Below are positions 49,286-62,756 of a stretch of DNA of 64,000 nucleotides, one piece after another. The translations under genes were made by a program, and so were the position numbers. The notes below the pieces were generated by a model. The model saw nothing but the letters and a program-made list of their open reading frames with translations. It was not told where the DNA came from and made no database searches. The DNA is from Squalus acanthias (taxonomy: Eukaryota), in contig CM059433.1 in assembly GCA_030390025.1 (NCBI GenBank), positions 10,976,001-11,040,000 on the forward strand, read 5' to 3'. Each line of letters begins with the position of its first letter. The stretch's first letter is position 1.

Positions 49286-50030
49286 GGCCCAAAAATTAAA
49301 CACTGAGTGTTCACGCGGGGGTAAGGCTTCCCCGCGATATCTCACTCCGCGCCTACCTTTTTCCTCCGGGCCCACACGAACTTTAGTTTCAAGGCTGCAG
49401 CTGTGCAGTGCTTGCGTGACCCAGAGACGCAATTAGTTCGTGCGAGCTCTGGGATCACGTGATTCAGTTAGAGCCAATGGCAGCACACTATCTTTCATTC
49501 ATAGTTTTAACAGCAAGGGCTGTCAAAGCTATGAATCCTACACCCCCCCAAAAGAACAGCTAAACCTCAATTAAATTTAAAAAAAAAGCCATCACATTAA
49601 TAAAATAAGTATAGTTAAATAAATTAACCACTTTAAACAAAAAATTAAATTTTTGAAAAGATTTAAAATCTTTTTAAAAGTTATAAAAATAAACTTACCT
49701 TTCTTTAAAGTCTCTAAAAAAGATAAACCTGTTGAAAAAAATTTAAAATAATACTTAATTAACTACTTACCTTGTTAAAAGAGGGTCTTACGCCTCCTTT
49801 CTTTATGTGTAAAATCTTCCATGCTTACCTGCGCGTTCAAAGCACTAAGTGCACTGCGTGTACGCAGCCTGTAGCGCGCACGCGGTTCACTAAGGAACCG
49901 CCCCCTTTTGAATTCACGAAGTGCCGGTTTCCCGCGCATGCGCAGTGCATGCAGGAAACCGGCAATTTGAGACCTAAAACGCGAGAGTACACAGTGCGTA
50001 CTCTCGCGTATTAGGTCTAATTTTCGGGCC
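49286..50030. mobile_element. Harbinger-type MITE
   Basis: TIRs ggcccaaaaatta / taattttcgggcc, AAT on both flanks, subterminal hairpins. Confidence 0.85.
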
Positions 50031-50122
50031 AATGTGTCCAAAGTGAGAAAACAAGTCGGAGCTCTTACTGATTTGGACTGAACTTGTGTCAAAGGTCAGA
50101 GACTGTGGCCTCGATATCGACA

Positions 50123-50717
50123 GGGGTGGGGATTTTTTTGAACGGGGTGAAGGTGTTCCGGTCGGGAAAACTGGAAGCCTGGGTTTCCCTGCATGCGACT
50201 TCTTTTTCTTGACAGGATCCCTGCCCGGAAGTCAACTTGATTGACGGGCTTGGCTCCCAGTTGGGCAGGGAGCATTACAGAGCAAGCCACAGGAGCAGGT
50301 AGGGAGCCTGCAGCTACTAGTGAGAGCGTGAGGGGGAGGGGAAGGCAGAAACAGGTAGCTTGGTGGGCTGCGGGGGGGAAGCACTCCTGCTCCTCCTGGC
50401 CCACAAGCAGTGCTGTAAGGGCACTTACCTTTTCTCCAAAGCTGTCCTCACTTCCCTTGAGCTGCCGGGTTTCCCGAGGCCTGGGAAACCCAGCCGGCCA
50501 CTGTTAAACCTGTAAGACAGGTTAAATCTGAGGCTGCCAACCTCATTATAATATTTAAATGGCCAAACCGCCTCCTGGGAGCGGGTTGGCTGCCTGACCC
50601 CCTGTCCCGCCTCCGTTAAACCCGGAAGTGGGCGGGATGGAGGCGTGTTTGAGATTTTTTAATTTTTTACATCTTACCCGACCCAAACTCACCCGTTTTT
50701 GGGGGTTAAAATTACCG
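50123..50717. mobile_element. Probable Harbinger-type MITE
   Basis: GC-rich arms with weak terminal matches ggggtgggatttt / aaaattaccgtc; no TSD found. Confidence 0.45.
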
Positions 50718-51505
50718 TCTGTATCAGTCAATTAGAATGATGGAATGGCCACCTTTTGAGTTAACCACAAAAATCTCAATTCCCTCAATAGCACAGTAAA
50801 AACCTGGCTCAGATCCAAGTTCCTGTATCATATTTCCTTAAAAAAATACTAATCCAAGCTGTTTGAGCTTGAAGATAGTAAAACCCAGTTCCTTTCAACG
50901 GAACTAGCAAGGTCTGTATCCAAAGTACAGTTGCTATGCAGTTTTCTCTATTAGCATTTACCTGTGTTTTCATGTGCACCAATTGAAAGCCAGGTCCGAT
51001 ATATTCATTTAAAAAGTTCATATTTATTGTGACAATGTGAGACATTAGCAGGTAGCTGCAGCTGGACTCTTGGACCAAACCAAACTCGATATAAATATTT
51101 CAATGTAGAAATGTTCCATTCAGTTGTCTGCAAAGCTTGAGGAAGAGTAAAGCTACTGCTGAACAAACCATGACAGTCGTTCACATCCAGAAAGTCCCAT
51201 GGCTGGAGTTTAACGTGCAGGCGTGCTGGGAGCGGGTGTCGTGGGGGGATTGGGGGCGGGGGTGGGGGTGGGCGGCGGGGCATAGCGCGTGGGGAACCTG
51301 GAATATGATAAGTGCGTCTGTCAGTGGCTTCTTAACCCAGCCACTTCATTAGCATTTTATTCTCGGGTTTCCCGTCCAATCAGCGTCAGTGGGCATGATG
51401 ACGACCCGCATGACGCGATCGCAACTCCAGCATTTAAAGGGACACTCCAAAAGATGCAAGTTGAAAGGAGTTGGAGTTGGGAAGTAGAGAGGAGGAAGGT
51501 CAGAA

Positions 51506-51745
51506 ATGGAAGCGAGATGGAAAAGGCTGTGTCCCAGCTTCACCGACGCCTCCCTGGATGTGTTGCTGGGGGCAGTGAGGACCCGGAGGGAGATACTCTT
51601 CCCTACCAACAGGAGGAAGAGGCCTGCTGGGGAAACCAAGAAGGCGTGTTTGGAGCTGGCAGAAGTGGTCAGCAGCAGAAGCATAGTGCCACGCTCCTGG
51701 ATCCGATGCAGGAAGTGGTTCAATGACCTGACCAGGGCAGGAAAG
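51506..51745 (+). pseudogene. Harbinger Myb/SANT-like DNA-binding protein, exon 1
   Basis: PSFTDASLDVLLGAVRTRREILFP...CLELAEVVSSRSIVPRSWIRCRKWFNDLTRAGK, then donor gtgaga. Confidence 0.85.
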
Positions 51746-51934
51746 GTGAGAGCAGTGGCACATTCACCTACATCCTGATGTGCCTGTCACCCCAACCCCC
51801 TCACTCTGCCTTCTCAAGCCTACTGCAGCACATCACTCTTCACACCACCTTACCTTGCAGGTGCACCCATCCCTCTGTCTATGCACTTCCTCACATCCTC
51901 ATCTGTCTGTCCACCACTGACACTCACCCTCATC

Positions 51935-52900
51935 TTTTGCACGAGGTTGTGAGATGGGTGCACTGGTGGAACCTAAGTGAACCTCGCAATATTCAGGGCA
52001 TCCTGGGTAGCAATGCGCGCCACTGGTGGGAAAGGTTGTGCAGAGCACAGCACACCACGACCATTCTGGAGACCCTGGCTAGCACTGAAGGGCGCCTCCA
52101 GATCTGTCCAGGCACCTGAAGCGCAACTTCAGCATGCTGATGGCTTGTTTGATGACACATCTCATGGTCATGGGTCATTCATTGTGGCGCTCTGGGCCTC
52201 ATTCCTCGGGTTTCTGAGAGGTGTCATCTGCCACGTTTTAAGTGGGTAACCCTTGTCTCTGAGCAGCCAGTCAGGAAGCTCTGCTTCCAGGTGTGAAGAT
52301 GTTTGGGAGGATGGACTGGCGCAGGATGAAAGCATCATGGCAGCTGCCCAGGAATCTTGTGCGCACTTGCATAAAGATCTTTTTGTAGTTGTTTACCAGC
52401 TGCACATTGATGGTGTGGAAGCCCTTGCTGTTGACGAACACTCCTGGGTGATCTATGGGTGCCTTAATTGCCATGTGTGTGCAGTCGATGAGGCCCTGCA
52501 CCTGTGGGAAGCCAGCCAGAGCCGCAAATCCGAGCGCCCGCTCATTCTGACTGGCGTCATCGCAGGCAAAGTTGGCATAATTGGCGGCCCTGGCACACAA
52601 GCCATCAGTCACCTGTCTTATACATTTGTGTGCTGCCGACTGGGAGATCCTGCAAATGCCTCCAGCAGAGCCCTGGAAGAAAAGTTGAGGGCAGTGGTGA
52701 ATTTGACAGCCACCGGTAAAGCGTGACCACCAGGTCCAGCTGGCAGCAGGTCTTGTTCCAGCAGGCTGAAAATGTCTGTCACCACCTGACGCGACACCCT
52801 GAGCCTCCTGAGAAACTGGTGTTCAGATATGTCGAGGAAACTTATCCTCTGCCTGTAGACCCTGTGTGCCGGGAATGGCCTCTTGCGAGCTGCAGCTCTC
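51935..52900 (-). pseudogene. HARBI1-like DDE transposase, disrupted
   Basis: RVYRQRISFLDISE...[64 protein letters not shown]. Confidence 0.9.
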
Positions 52901-53403
52901 TGCTGCTCCCCACTCTCCTGTGGAGCTACAGGTCTATGATCAGCAGACTGCTATTGCTGGTCAACTTGTTCCTCATCTGACTTCCAATCTAAGGCAGCAT
53001 AAGTGGCCCCCGTCCTAATCCGATAGATCAGACCTCCAAAATGTGTAAAGTAACCTCTCAGCATAAGTACTGTGAGCAAACCCTTTCTCACAAGCAGGTA
53101 AAAAAGCAGCTGTGAGTACTGAGTATTTATTGGCATACTTCCCTGAGATTGCTTCAGGCCCCTCAATTTCTGCTGTGTACTCGCCTTGCTTTCACTGCCG
53201 AGTTCCGGGAAGCCCGGGAAACCCGTGGACCCAAAGTTAAAGTTAAAATTATGTCAATAGTGCTCTAATTGAGTGATTAACATGTGTTAATTGGCGGTAA
53301 GGCTACCGACCCCACTTTTAGGCTCTTACCGCCCCATTAATGCCGACTTTGCCAAGTGAAAACTCGGCCACAGGGAGTTGGACCTCATCTATGAGCGTGA
53401 CCT

Positions 53404-54108
53404 GGGCCTAAAAATTCGGTTGCTTTGCACCTCCCGTTAGCGCCCTCCTAGGCGCAAAGCAACTAGCGCCCGGGCGCGGCGCCACCAACGCCTCCTGCGA
53501 AATTCAGCGAGAGATTAGCGGCGGCGGTAACCGTTAGCGCCCCGCGGCGTTGCGCCGCCGGCGATGACGTCATCGCCGTGTGCAGCCCCCCGCTCGCGCC
53601 CCGGCTGCGATCTTCGGTGGCGCCCCCTGACTTACCGCCAGACGCTATGTCCGACGGGGTCAGGGGGGCCTACCTGCGGCAAAGGACGGCGCTAATTAAA
53701 GGCGAGGTGCCGGGCGGCCATTTTTGTTGCTGGCCGCCTGCCAGCACCTGCCCTCGTTGCCGTCCCCGGCCTCCTCTTCAGCTGTCGGCTGCGCTCCGTG
53801 AGCCCGGCACTTCTCTTGAGTGCCGGGCTCTTTTGCCAGTACTCTGATCCCTGGTGGCCCAGCTGGGCCCCGGGTCACGCTGCGCAAGGCCCCTCCCCTT
53901 TAAGAAGGGGAGGAAGGCCTGCAGCACCGCGATATTCCCTCGCAGCGCCCCAAGAGAGAGGTGGGGTGCTTCCAGTAGCGCCCCGCTTCCCTCTTGGGGC
54001 GCTACCGATGAATTTTGGCTGTGGGGGCGCTACTTTTTTCAGGGCGCTAAAAGTAGCGCCCCGGCGAAGTTAGCGCCCCAAAGGGGGCGTGACTCAATTT
54101 TTCCCCCC
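53404..54108. mobile_element. CpG-rich Harbinger-type MITE
   Basis: Ends gggcctaaaaatt / aatttttcccccc; tagcgccc motifs repeated in both arms; no TSD match. Confidence 0.6.
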
Positions 54109-54868
54109 TAAAATTTGGAAGCTGGAAAGTCTGGTGTAAGAAGGATGGAAAAACAACAAAATCTTAACAATAAACAGATTTCCAGCATCCGTAGTATTTT
54201 GCTTTTGTAAAAACTTAACAATGTTCACCTCCGTTACATAAACGGCATGGACAGTTTGATTTGCAGAGAGTATAGTTATCGCACATATCTGTTCTGCACC
54301 ACCAGACCAGCTCTCTTCTCTCCCTTTAAACTTCAGCGTTACCCTTGCAGTCCATTTCAGAGTATAGAATTTAAGCTAAAGGTCAGTTCTCTAAGTTCTA
54401 CTGATCACATGGATGGCAATGTTGAACAGCATCAAAGAACAAAATATAACATGGAGAACTGTGACCACATTTTTAGGAAAAAAAATCCTGTTCCTAAATC
54501 ACTGATCTTGTACGCCAAGTTAAAGGGGAATCATACTGAATTACAAATGTAGCCGCAATGTCGTCTTAACTTCACTTATAAAAAAAATTATAATCGTTTC
54601 CTCTTCAGGTCTCATCCTTTCTGGTGCCACATGCCAGTCCTTGACTGACAGGGCAGTCAGATACCCTGCGGCCAGGCCTCTGCCCGATCTGCTCTTTCAC
54701 CAACCACTAGGAGGGGCAAGAATGGTGTCGCAATGACTTCAGGAAGCCACCCTGTGGGCAGTGACAGGCACCAGTGATTCTACCACTATGTAGCACAGTG
54801 CAGTTAGTACATTCATGCACTGGTACCAACATGCTGCCTCTCTTCCCTATCTTCAAACTGTAGCAGGA

Positions 54869-55308
54869 TCATAGAATCATAGAAATTTACAGCACGGAAG
54901 GAGGCCATTCGGCCCATCGTGTCCGTGCCGGCCGACAAAGAGCTCTCCAGCCTAATCCCACTTTCCAGCTCTTGGCCCGTAGCCCTGTAGGTTACGGCAC
55001 TTCAAGTGTACATCCAAGTACTTTTTAAATGTGGTGAGAGTTTCTGCCTCTTCCACCCTTTCAGGCAGTGAGTTCCAGACCCCCACCACCCTCTGGGTGA
55101 AAAACTTTCCCCTCAAATCCCCTCTAAACCTCCGACCAATTACTTTAAATCTGTGCCCCCTGGTTGTTGACCCCTCTGCCAAGGGAAATAGGTCCTTCCT
55201 ATCCACTCTATCTCGGCCCCTCATAATTTTATACACCTCAATTAGGTCTCCCCTCAGCCTCCTCTGTTCCAAAGAAAACAACCCCAGCCCATCCAATCTC
55301 TCCTCGCA
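54869..55308 (-). mobile_element. CR1 3' fragment
   Basis: LGLFSLEQRRLRGDLIEVYKIMRG...FFTQRVVGVWNSLP; same family as 15993-16435. Confidence 0.92.
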
Positions 55309-56117
55309 ACCCCTGCCTATCCATTCTTTCCTCCTTGATCTTTGCAGTCCTTTCCAAAATATTGAGATTGTGCAAAAGGCCATTCTACAGAATCAAGATC
55401 GACATAAGTATTGATCTCGGAATCAATGATGAATATAACTGAATGAAGGAGTGAAAAGCAGGTGAAGAGACAGTGAGATAATAACAATTACACAATAACA
55501 CGATGGAAACGTTTCTTCATTATGCTGCCAGCAAGCATTAAACTGACACTTTAATCAAGTTCAGCTTTTAGAAAATATTATTGCACTTGGTTTCATTCAA
55601 GAAGCTTTCAAGACAGCATTGCCAGAAAATACTCAGGACTAAGAACGGGATCAACCAGCCCTCAGACTGGAGCCAGGAGTTGATCCGATTGTATAAAGTT
55701 TGGGTTTCCTTGGACTGAATTGACCTCTTTTAAAAAAAAAAAAAGCCTGAAGAAGTCCAAACAAATCACAACTTTCCAAGTGAAACATTCCACAGAAACG
55801 CAGCAACAAACTTGGAAATATCCAAACATTCTACCGCCCCCCACCACCCCACCCCGCCCCCCCCCCCCCCCGCCAACATGTTTATTACCCACAGGGGGGA
55901 CACTTTGGTGTGTATTTTAATCTTTAACATGGTTAAAGCAGATATCACACAAATAGGTTCAAGTAACTTTTTCCCGTGGCTCTAAGTGTGATGCAAGCCT
56001 CCAATTTTTAAATAATGTACAACGTCTCAAAAGATGTCTCGTTATTATACCAGGGCCTGTTTAAACAAAGTCAGCACCTGCCTCATAATACTATTATCTT
56101 TCTGGTCAGATATCATC

Positions 56118-56231
56118 ATTGTTTATAGGGGTGTGTTTGTATGTGTGCGCGCAGGCATACACGTGTTCCCGGGAATCTGTGCCAGTGGGATGTGTGCATG
56201 GCACGCACACACACCCACCCCTATAAACAAT
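56118..56231. repeat. 114-bp foldback (inverted repeat)
   Basis: Perfect 16-bp arms attgtttataggggtg / cacccctataaacaat, with imperfect pairing continuing inward. Confidence 0.8.
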
Positions 56232-58329
56232 AATTATGTAGATAGAAACTATGACATGTGCACAACAAGACAAAAGGCAGCAATCCTGCAGAGGTACATC
56301 AGACATAATGCATGCTTACACATGACTTACATCATAGGAGTGCATAATCATCTATAATGATGTTTGACCTGAAGGATAATAGTTTTGTGAGGGAGATGTT
56401 ACATTATAAGTATTAATTTTTCAGCAGTCTACAAGATTGAAAACCTAGACACGGAACGTATTATACCCTTTTTAATGTTTTAAATTAACTTTAAAAGGTT
56501 GCTTGGATTTTTTTTCGATCAAAACAAGTTTTGTCAAGTGCATAATTACAAAGTAATTTTTATAGTTCTTCAGTTCACACTTCATTCTCATTATTGTAAA
56601 TGCTAGCAATCTGACACTTGTTCATTTAAGCACTACAGTCGAGCCAGTCTGAATGTCACACTCCTACCTGATCTCTTGAAGTAGTCTAAATTTGAAATGG
56701 CTTCCACCTATTTTCTATTGACTGCATTACCTATCAATGCCGTCTCTTTAATTGTATATGCTGACAAGTGTAAATTAATGGGAAACCGAAGGGGGCACTA
56801 CAATGGTCTCAGCACCAGCCCGATGTGGAAGGGGGGGGCGGTGGGGGCGGTGGGGGCGGTGGTGGTGGGGAGGTGGGGAAATCACAGCAAGGGTTCCCAC
56901 TTACAACTGCTATCTAAAGACTCCTGCTGGCAAGTGTGCACGTGAGATCCAGTTTTCTGAGGCTTCACTGACAGCTTGGAGTCTCGCTCGCTATGAACGC
57001 AAGCTGTGAAATTGGGCTTGCGGCCCAGTCTTCCCAATGCGCAGCAGGTTGTGTATTACAGAGGAGAAAAATTTGGGTTCACTGGAGGCTGAGCAAGCCT
57101 CGTCACAGGCCCTGAAACCAGGTCAACAGGTGCCACGCTGCATCTTGCAACCTGCATCCCTCATTCCCACTGGCCGTCGTGTTCACCCACTTGAAACAGG
57201 CGCAGCAGGGTGCCTGCAGAATTTTTAAACGGTGAGTATCACTTTTCATTTGACAAGTCGTTTTTTGCTTATTATACGACTTTATCTTACATTTTTATTG
57301 GTGCATTCATTTGTGTTGCTGTCTTGGATCTGAATATTTGTGTTGCAAGATTTTTAATACCAATACATTTTTTTCTTTTACAACCGTCTTGCTTCCACTT
57401 GCTGTTTCACTTACAGTAACCAAAATGGGCAAGATGAGAATTTCTTTGAGAATTCCACTGGCAGCCCTAGATTTTGAGAAGGAAGAGTTGTTGTTGCAAG
57501 TGCCCCTCATGCACCATCTATGTATCCATCCTTGCCCCAAGTCACATTTTTTACTGGCCCAGACTATTCTCCACGGGTATATTCTCGGCGTCTCCATTTC
57601 GCAAAAAAGACTGCCAAATAGCTATGCCATCTCTTGGAGGCCATCTTGAAGACAACTTGCACCATAGGGGCATCTCATCCCAAGAGCTTATATTAAACTT
57701 TTACGTCACTAGATCCTTCCAAGCCACTGCCAGTAACAGATGCTGAATCAATCAGTCCTCTGTCCACAGAGGCATCACGAAAGTGAAAGAAATCTTGTTT
57801 GCAAAGGGCAACACTTCTCTCGTGGAAAGAAGGCAGCAACTTGACAGGGCAGAGGACATGTCCTGAGTGCCAGGGTTCCCAAGAGTATAGGACATAGTAT
57901 ATGGCATCCAAATCCTTCTTAAATATATACTTGCATAACTATTGAATTGACCGGAAGCAGTGTAACAATTGGCGTCAGTGTAACCAGAGTCTGCTGGATG
58001 ATCCTGCCACCTCATAACAGGCAAAGTGTACGGCTGCCCGCTCAGGATGGTGCCCTGAAATATCAAGCAGGGCAACCACCCTCATACCAACCTCAACCGC
58101 TACGCCAGACATTGAACAGAGGGTCAGGTGCTGCAGTGGTCCACCACTCACCCACAGGCATGTTATCAGCAGATCAAAAGTCACAAGTATTTAATAATCT
58201 ACCTTACAATTCCTTCTGAGCCTCCCGTGTGTTGAGAGGTACATGATGCAATGTTCTGAAACAAAAACAAATTGTAATACTTTTCAGAGAGAAGCAATGA
58301 AGCTACAATTATTGAAGAAACGTACTGTT

Positions 58330-58662
58330 AGAAAGAAAGAAAAGACTTGCATTTATATAGCGCCTTTCACGACCACCGGATGTCTCAAAGTGCTTTACAG
58401 CCAATGAAGTACTTTTTGAAGTGGAGTCACTGTTGCAATGTGGGAAACGCAGCAGCCAATTTGCGCACAGCAAGCTCCCACAAACAGCAATGTGATAATG
58501 ACCAGATAACCTGTTTCAGTGATGTTGGTTGAGGGATAAATATTGGCCCCAGGACACCGGGGAGAACTCCCCTGCTCTTCTTCGAAATAGTGCTATGGGA
58601 TCTTTTACGTCCACCTGAGAGAGCAGACGGGGCCTCAGTTTAACGTCTCATCTGAAAGACGG
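58330..58662 (-). mobile_element. 5'-truncated SacSINE1-like SINE
   Basis: Deu core and tail with (tttc)n. Confidence 0.88.
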
Positions 58663-59025
58663 ATGTTCCATTGATCTAGAGGGTGGGTTCTTACAGCAAA
58701 AACCAAACTCTGAAATTTAAGAAAATATTAAAATAATTTGCAAGTTTCTTTCATTACCAAACGTCTCTGCAGTCGTGCTTATTGTTACTAAAGAGCTGCT
58801 GCATGTGTCTAAATTCAGGACTTGTTAGATAAAACTCGCCTCCTGAGTTGACTGATGGTACAGTCCTTCCAGGATTTTCCTCTTTGGAGTTAACCCTTTC
58901 TTTGCTGTTTTGATGCACACAGACATACATAAATAAAAGAAATTCAACCACCCCAGCCACTCAGAACATATTACAAAATGAACAATCAAAAGCAAAATTT
59001 CAAGCGCAAAGTTTTGTTTGTCATA

Positions 59026-59100
59026 CAGGCACTGCTTTACCCTGCCCCCACAGGCACCGCTTTACCCTGCCCCCACAGGCACCGCTTTACCCTGCCCCCA
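59026..59100. repeat. 3 x 25-bp tandem repeat
   Basis: caggcac(c/t)gctttaccctgccccca three times. Confidence 0.95.
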
Positions 59101-59293
59101 GCCCTAGCATTGCTAAAAGCCGACAAATATTTCAAACTATTTTTGTAGATTTATAAATACTGAAACAATATTTGCCCCCATATGCAGACACTTACCTTTA
59201 GATGTACAGATCCCTTATATTTCAGCTACTGGCTAAGTTTTGTGCATCCCCCATCAGCCAAAACCACGCTGGGAGTTTAGGCTTATTATATTA

Positions 59294-59785
59294 AGGAGTG
59301 TGACGGATTAGTCTCCACTTGCCTGGATGAGTGCAGCTCCAACAACACTCAAGAGGCTCGACACCATCCAAGACAAAGCAGCCCGCTTGATTGGCACCCC
59401 ATCCACCACCTTAAACATTCACTCCCTCCACCACCGGCATGCCGTGGCTGCAGTGTGTACCATCTACAAGATGCACTGCAGCAACTCGCCAAGGCTTCTT
59501 TGGCAGCACCCCCCAAACCCACAACCTTTACCACCTAGAAGGACAAGGGCAGCAAGCACATGGGAACACCACCACCTCCAAGTCACACACTATCCTGACT
59601 TGGAAGTATATCGCCGTTCCTTCATCGTCAAATCCTGGAACTCCCTCCCTAACAGCACTGTGGGAGTACCTTCACCACACGGACTGCAGCGGTTCAAGAA
59701 GGTGGCTCACCACCACCTTCTCAAGGGCAATTCGGGATGGGCAATAAATGCCGGCCTTGCCAGCGACGCCCACATCCCATAAATG
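59294..59785 (+). mobile_element. CR1-group LINE 3' fragment (second family)
   Basis: WMSAAPTTLKRLDTIQDKAARLI...SLHHR. Confidence 0.88.
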
Positions 59786-59975
59786 ATTTTTTTTTAAATG
59801 AGCTGAATGTGCAACATTGGGCAAAGCTACCTCAGTACACTGTGGGCTAACGTGGGTGAACCAGAGAGCCATTCCCAGCAAGGAATTTTGCTGGTCTTCA
59901 AAATTTGGGGGATGTGAAATCAGGTGAGTGTAGGATTAGGTTTGGCTGCGATTCCTACAGTAGTCAAACAACACC

Positions 59976-60181
59976 GGGGTAAATTTTCATCTTTGGAACT
60001 CCTGGCACAGAGTTTTGAACGCTGGGAGTGCACATCAGGAATTTCTGGCATGTGCCTCTCGCAATTTTCTATTCATTAAAGTTAACGCACTGGGCAAAGC
60101 TTTGAGCTTGGCTTCCATCAAGATCAAAGCTCTGTCCAGTACAATACTTTGAAGCACTGCAGAGGGATGAAAATTTACACC
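59976..60181. mobile_element. 206-bp Harbinger-type MITE
   Basis: TIRs ggggtaaattttcatc / gatgaaaatttacacc; a related decayed copy lies at ~14362-14457. Confidence 0.7.
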
Positions 60182-60671
60182 ACTGACCAGATTCACACAA
60201 GGCTGCTCGGATGAGATTGTAGATGATTAGCTGTGGTCACGGAATCTCAGTGTAACTCACTGTTCCCAGAAGGGGAAGAGGAAGAGGAAAGGATTAGAGG
60301 GAAAGCTCCCTCAATGTACTGGTGGGTAAAACCGCTGCCCAGTGAAGCATTAAAGTCACACAGGCTAGAAGTTCCCGGTTGGATTGGAAACCTGTGCTGA
60401 ATTAACTGTTCTCAGCTGGGCCAGCAGTTAAGATGCTACACCGAGACATGGTGCTGGAGGGCTGCTGTGGAATTGTCTGCCAGTGAGAGTCCGCGCCTTC
60501 AGGAGAGAAGGGGAGAATAAGAAAGAAAAGTTGGAAGGAGGAAAAGGAGAGTGAGTCTTTTCGAGAAAGTGACTGGAAGATGAATCAAGGGATAGGGTTA
60601 AAATGATAAAATAGCTGAAGCACGGCAAGAGTTATGGCTGTATCTAGTGATAATAGTATCTAGTGATAGTC

Positions 60672-60835
60672 ACTGAATATATTTAAGAAGGAGATAGATA
60701 GATTTCTAGATGCAAAAAGCATCAAGGGGTATGGGGAGAGAGCAGGAATATGGTATTGAGATAGAGGATTAGCCATGATCATATTGAATGGTGGAGCAGG
60801 CTCGAAGGGCCAAATGGCCTATTCCTGCTCCTATT
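60672..60835 (+). mobile_element. CR1 extreme 3' end
   Basis: aatatatttaagaaggagatagatagattt...ggctcgaagggccaaatggcctattcctgctcct. Confidence 0.85.
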
Positions 60836-61760
60836 TATCCAATAGCCACACTCAGTTTTCTCTGATGATTCAAAAGGAATAAACAAATATGAAAAGAAAA
60901 AATAATTTTTCACCATAATACTTGTTTAACTCTGGTGTCTAGGCTCGCTCTTTAAAAATTAAATAGACAGGCGAACCATTATGTGTGACTGAATCAACTA
61001 ACTCTGATAGATCTGTATTGCAGTGAGGCTTGTTATATCTGTATTGGAAGAAACATCTTTTTCCAATCTATTCCGTCCAGGATAAGCTGCGCTAAAAACA
61101 TGTGTTTGTTAAGAGGCCAAACCTAATAATAACAGGACCTCTGGGCCCTGAGTTGAGAGCCATTGGTTTTAACGTTGTGGTTTCAATGTCACACCCAACA
61201 TATTTTTGAAATTCCTCTTTAGTGTGTTAGCTCAAAATTAAGTTAAATACGATCTTATTCACCCCATTACTGTTCCTATTGCTATCAGTGATACTGCCCA
61301 GCAGTGAATTGTATTAAAGCTGGGTGAAAATCATCAGTCTGTGTCTGTTTCCACCACACACTGATCTCTGTATGGTTCGCTGCTGTTCCTAAAAGACTGC
61401 GTGACTATCAAAACATTGCAAATCTCCCCGAGCCATCTCAAGCAAGGCTTCCTCATCTCTGAACTATCCCAGTGCACAACAATAAGAAGGTAAACTCCAG
61501 CAATCACCTATGACAGAGCAGAAATGGAGCAAATCCTAGCACGTGGCAGAAATTCAAAATGACTAATGGTGGCAGCACACAAATTCAACTCAGAACTGAG
61601 GAGCACATGTCAACACTTGATGCAATTAATTTAATTCAATTTAAGAGGACACAGCCTTCATAAAAAAATTGAACTAACTTTTTGTTTGGACGTAGGAGAA
61701 GAGCAAGAAGTTCAATCATATTTGTCAGGAAGGTATCCTATGAGGTAATGAGGTTAGTTA

Positions 61761-62226
61761 TCTTCTTCTTCTTCTCAGGCAGTCCCTCGGAACCGAGGAT
61801 GACTTGCTTCCACATTAAAAATGAGTTCTCAGGTGACTGATGAGTCCAATGCGGGACCGACAGTCTCTGTCACAGGTGGGGCAGACGGTGGTTGATGAGG
61901 CGGGTGGGTGGGGTGCTTGGGTTGGCGTGCGCTCCTTCCGCTGTTTGCGCTTGACTTCCGCTTGCTCCCGGCGAAGAGACTCGAGGTGTTCGGCGCCTTC
62001 CCGGATGCTTCTCCTCCACTTTGCGCGGTCTTGGGCCAGGGGTTCCCAGGAGTCGGCCGGGATGTTACACTTTTTCAAGGGTGTCCTTGAAGCGTTTCCT
62101 CTGCCCACCTGGGTCTCTCTTACCGTGTCGGATCTACGAGTAGAGCGCTTGTTTTGGGAGTCTCATATCGGGCATGTGGACGATGTGGCCCGTCCATCGG
62201 AGCTGATCGAGCGTGGTCAAAGCTTC
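61761..62226 (-). mobile_element. RTE-clade LINE 3' end
   Basis: Same family as 10282-11217; CPTCDRDCRSRIGLISHLRTH; (GAA)n tail. Confidence 0.9.
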
Positions 62227-62756
62227 GTTATAGGCCATCATTCAATTTGCATCATCAAGCTGTGTGTTTGTAAACAAACAAGACAAGGTTTGCCAAGTAC
62301 TTTTTTGTGAAGAATGTGTCCTTTTAAATGAAATGAAATGGTTTTCTTCTGCCTTTTTATACATTTAAACAATAACATATGTATAATAAATTATGACATG
62401 GGGGTCCTGACTGGTTGAGTTTACTTTGCTTTTGGGAAAGACCATAATTCATTTGGATTTACTATGTTCAAAAATGATGTGTCTTTAGCATTGGTGAAGG
62501 AAAGTCAAAAGTAATCTGCAACAATATCCTCTATATGTTGTACAGCAGTTTACCCTTGACATAAATAAATATAGAACACTACTGTACCAATCCCATGATG
62601 CCTTGCACATTCAGGTACTATGTCATTGCAACATATAGCACCCTTTCACCTTCTCCATACAATCTCAGAACACTTACTCAATGATAAGAAAAGTAAAAGT
62701 GACTCATAATATAAATAAGCTAGGTATCATTATTTAGAATATATAATGAATATATA

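Larger units (their letters stand above)
51201..53369. mobile_element. PIF/Harbinger transposon with convergent Myb/SANT (+) and transposase (-) remnants
   Basis: Both Harbinger genes are present. Ends ggctggagttt / aaaactcggcc are approximate and no TSD matches. Confidence 0.85.

Noticed and set aside
51506..52900. Host genes HARBI1 / NAIF1 / MSANTD
   Set aside because: Frameshifts, deletions, convergent two-gene layout and multiple related copies indicate transposon remnants.
53404..54108. CpG-island promoter of a host gene
   Set aside because: The GC-rich block is bounded by TIR-like ends with repeated subterminal motifs, and no downstream exon is evident.
60310..60430. Fragments of an older SINE-like repeat (also ~48300-48500, ~56880-56945, ~63775-63830)
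   Set aside because: Too degraded to define boundaries or family by eye, so not listed as features.
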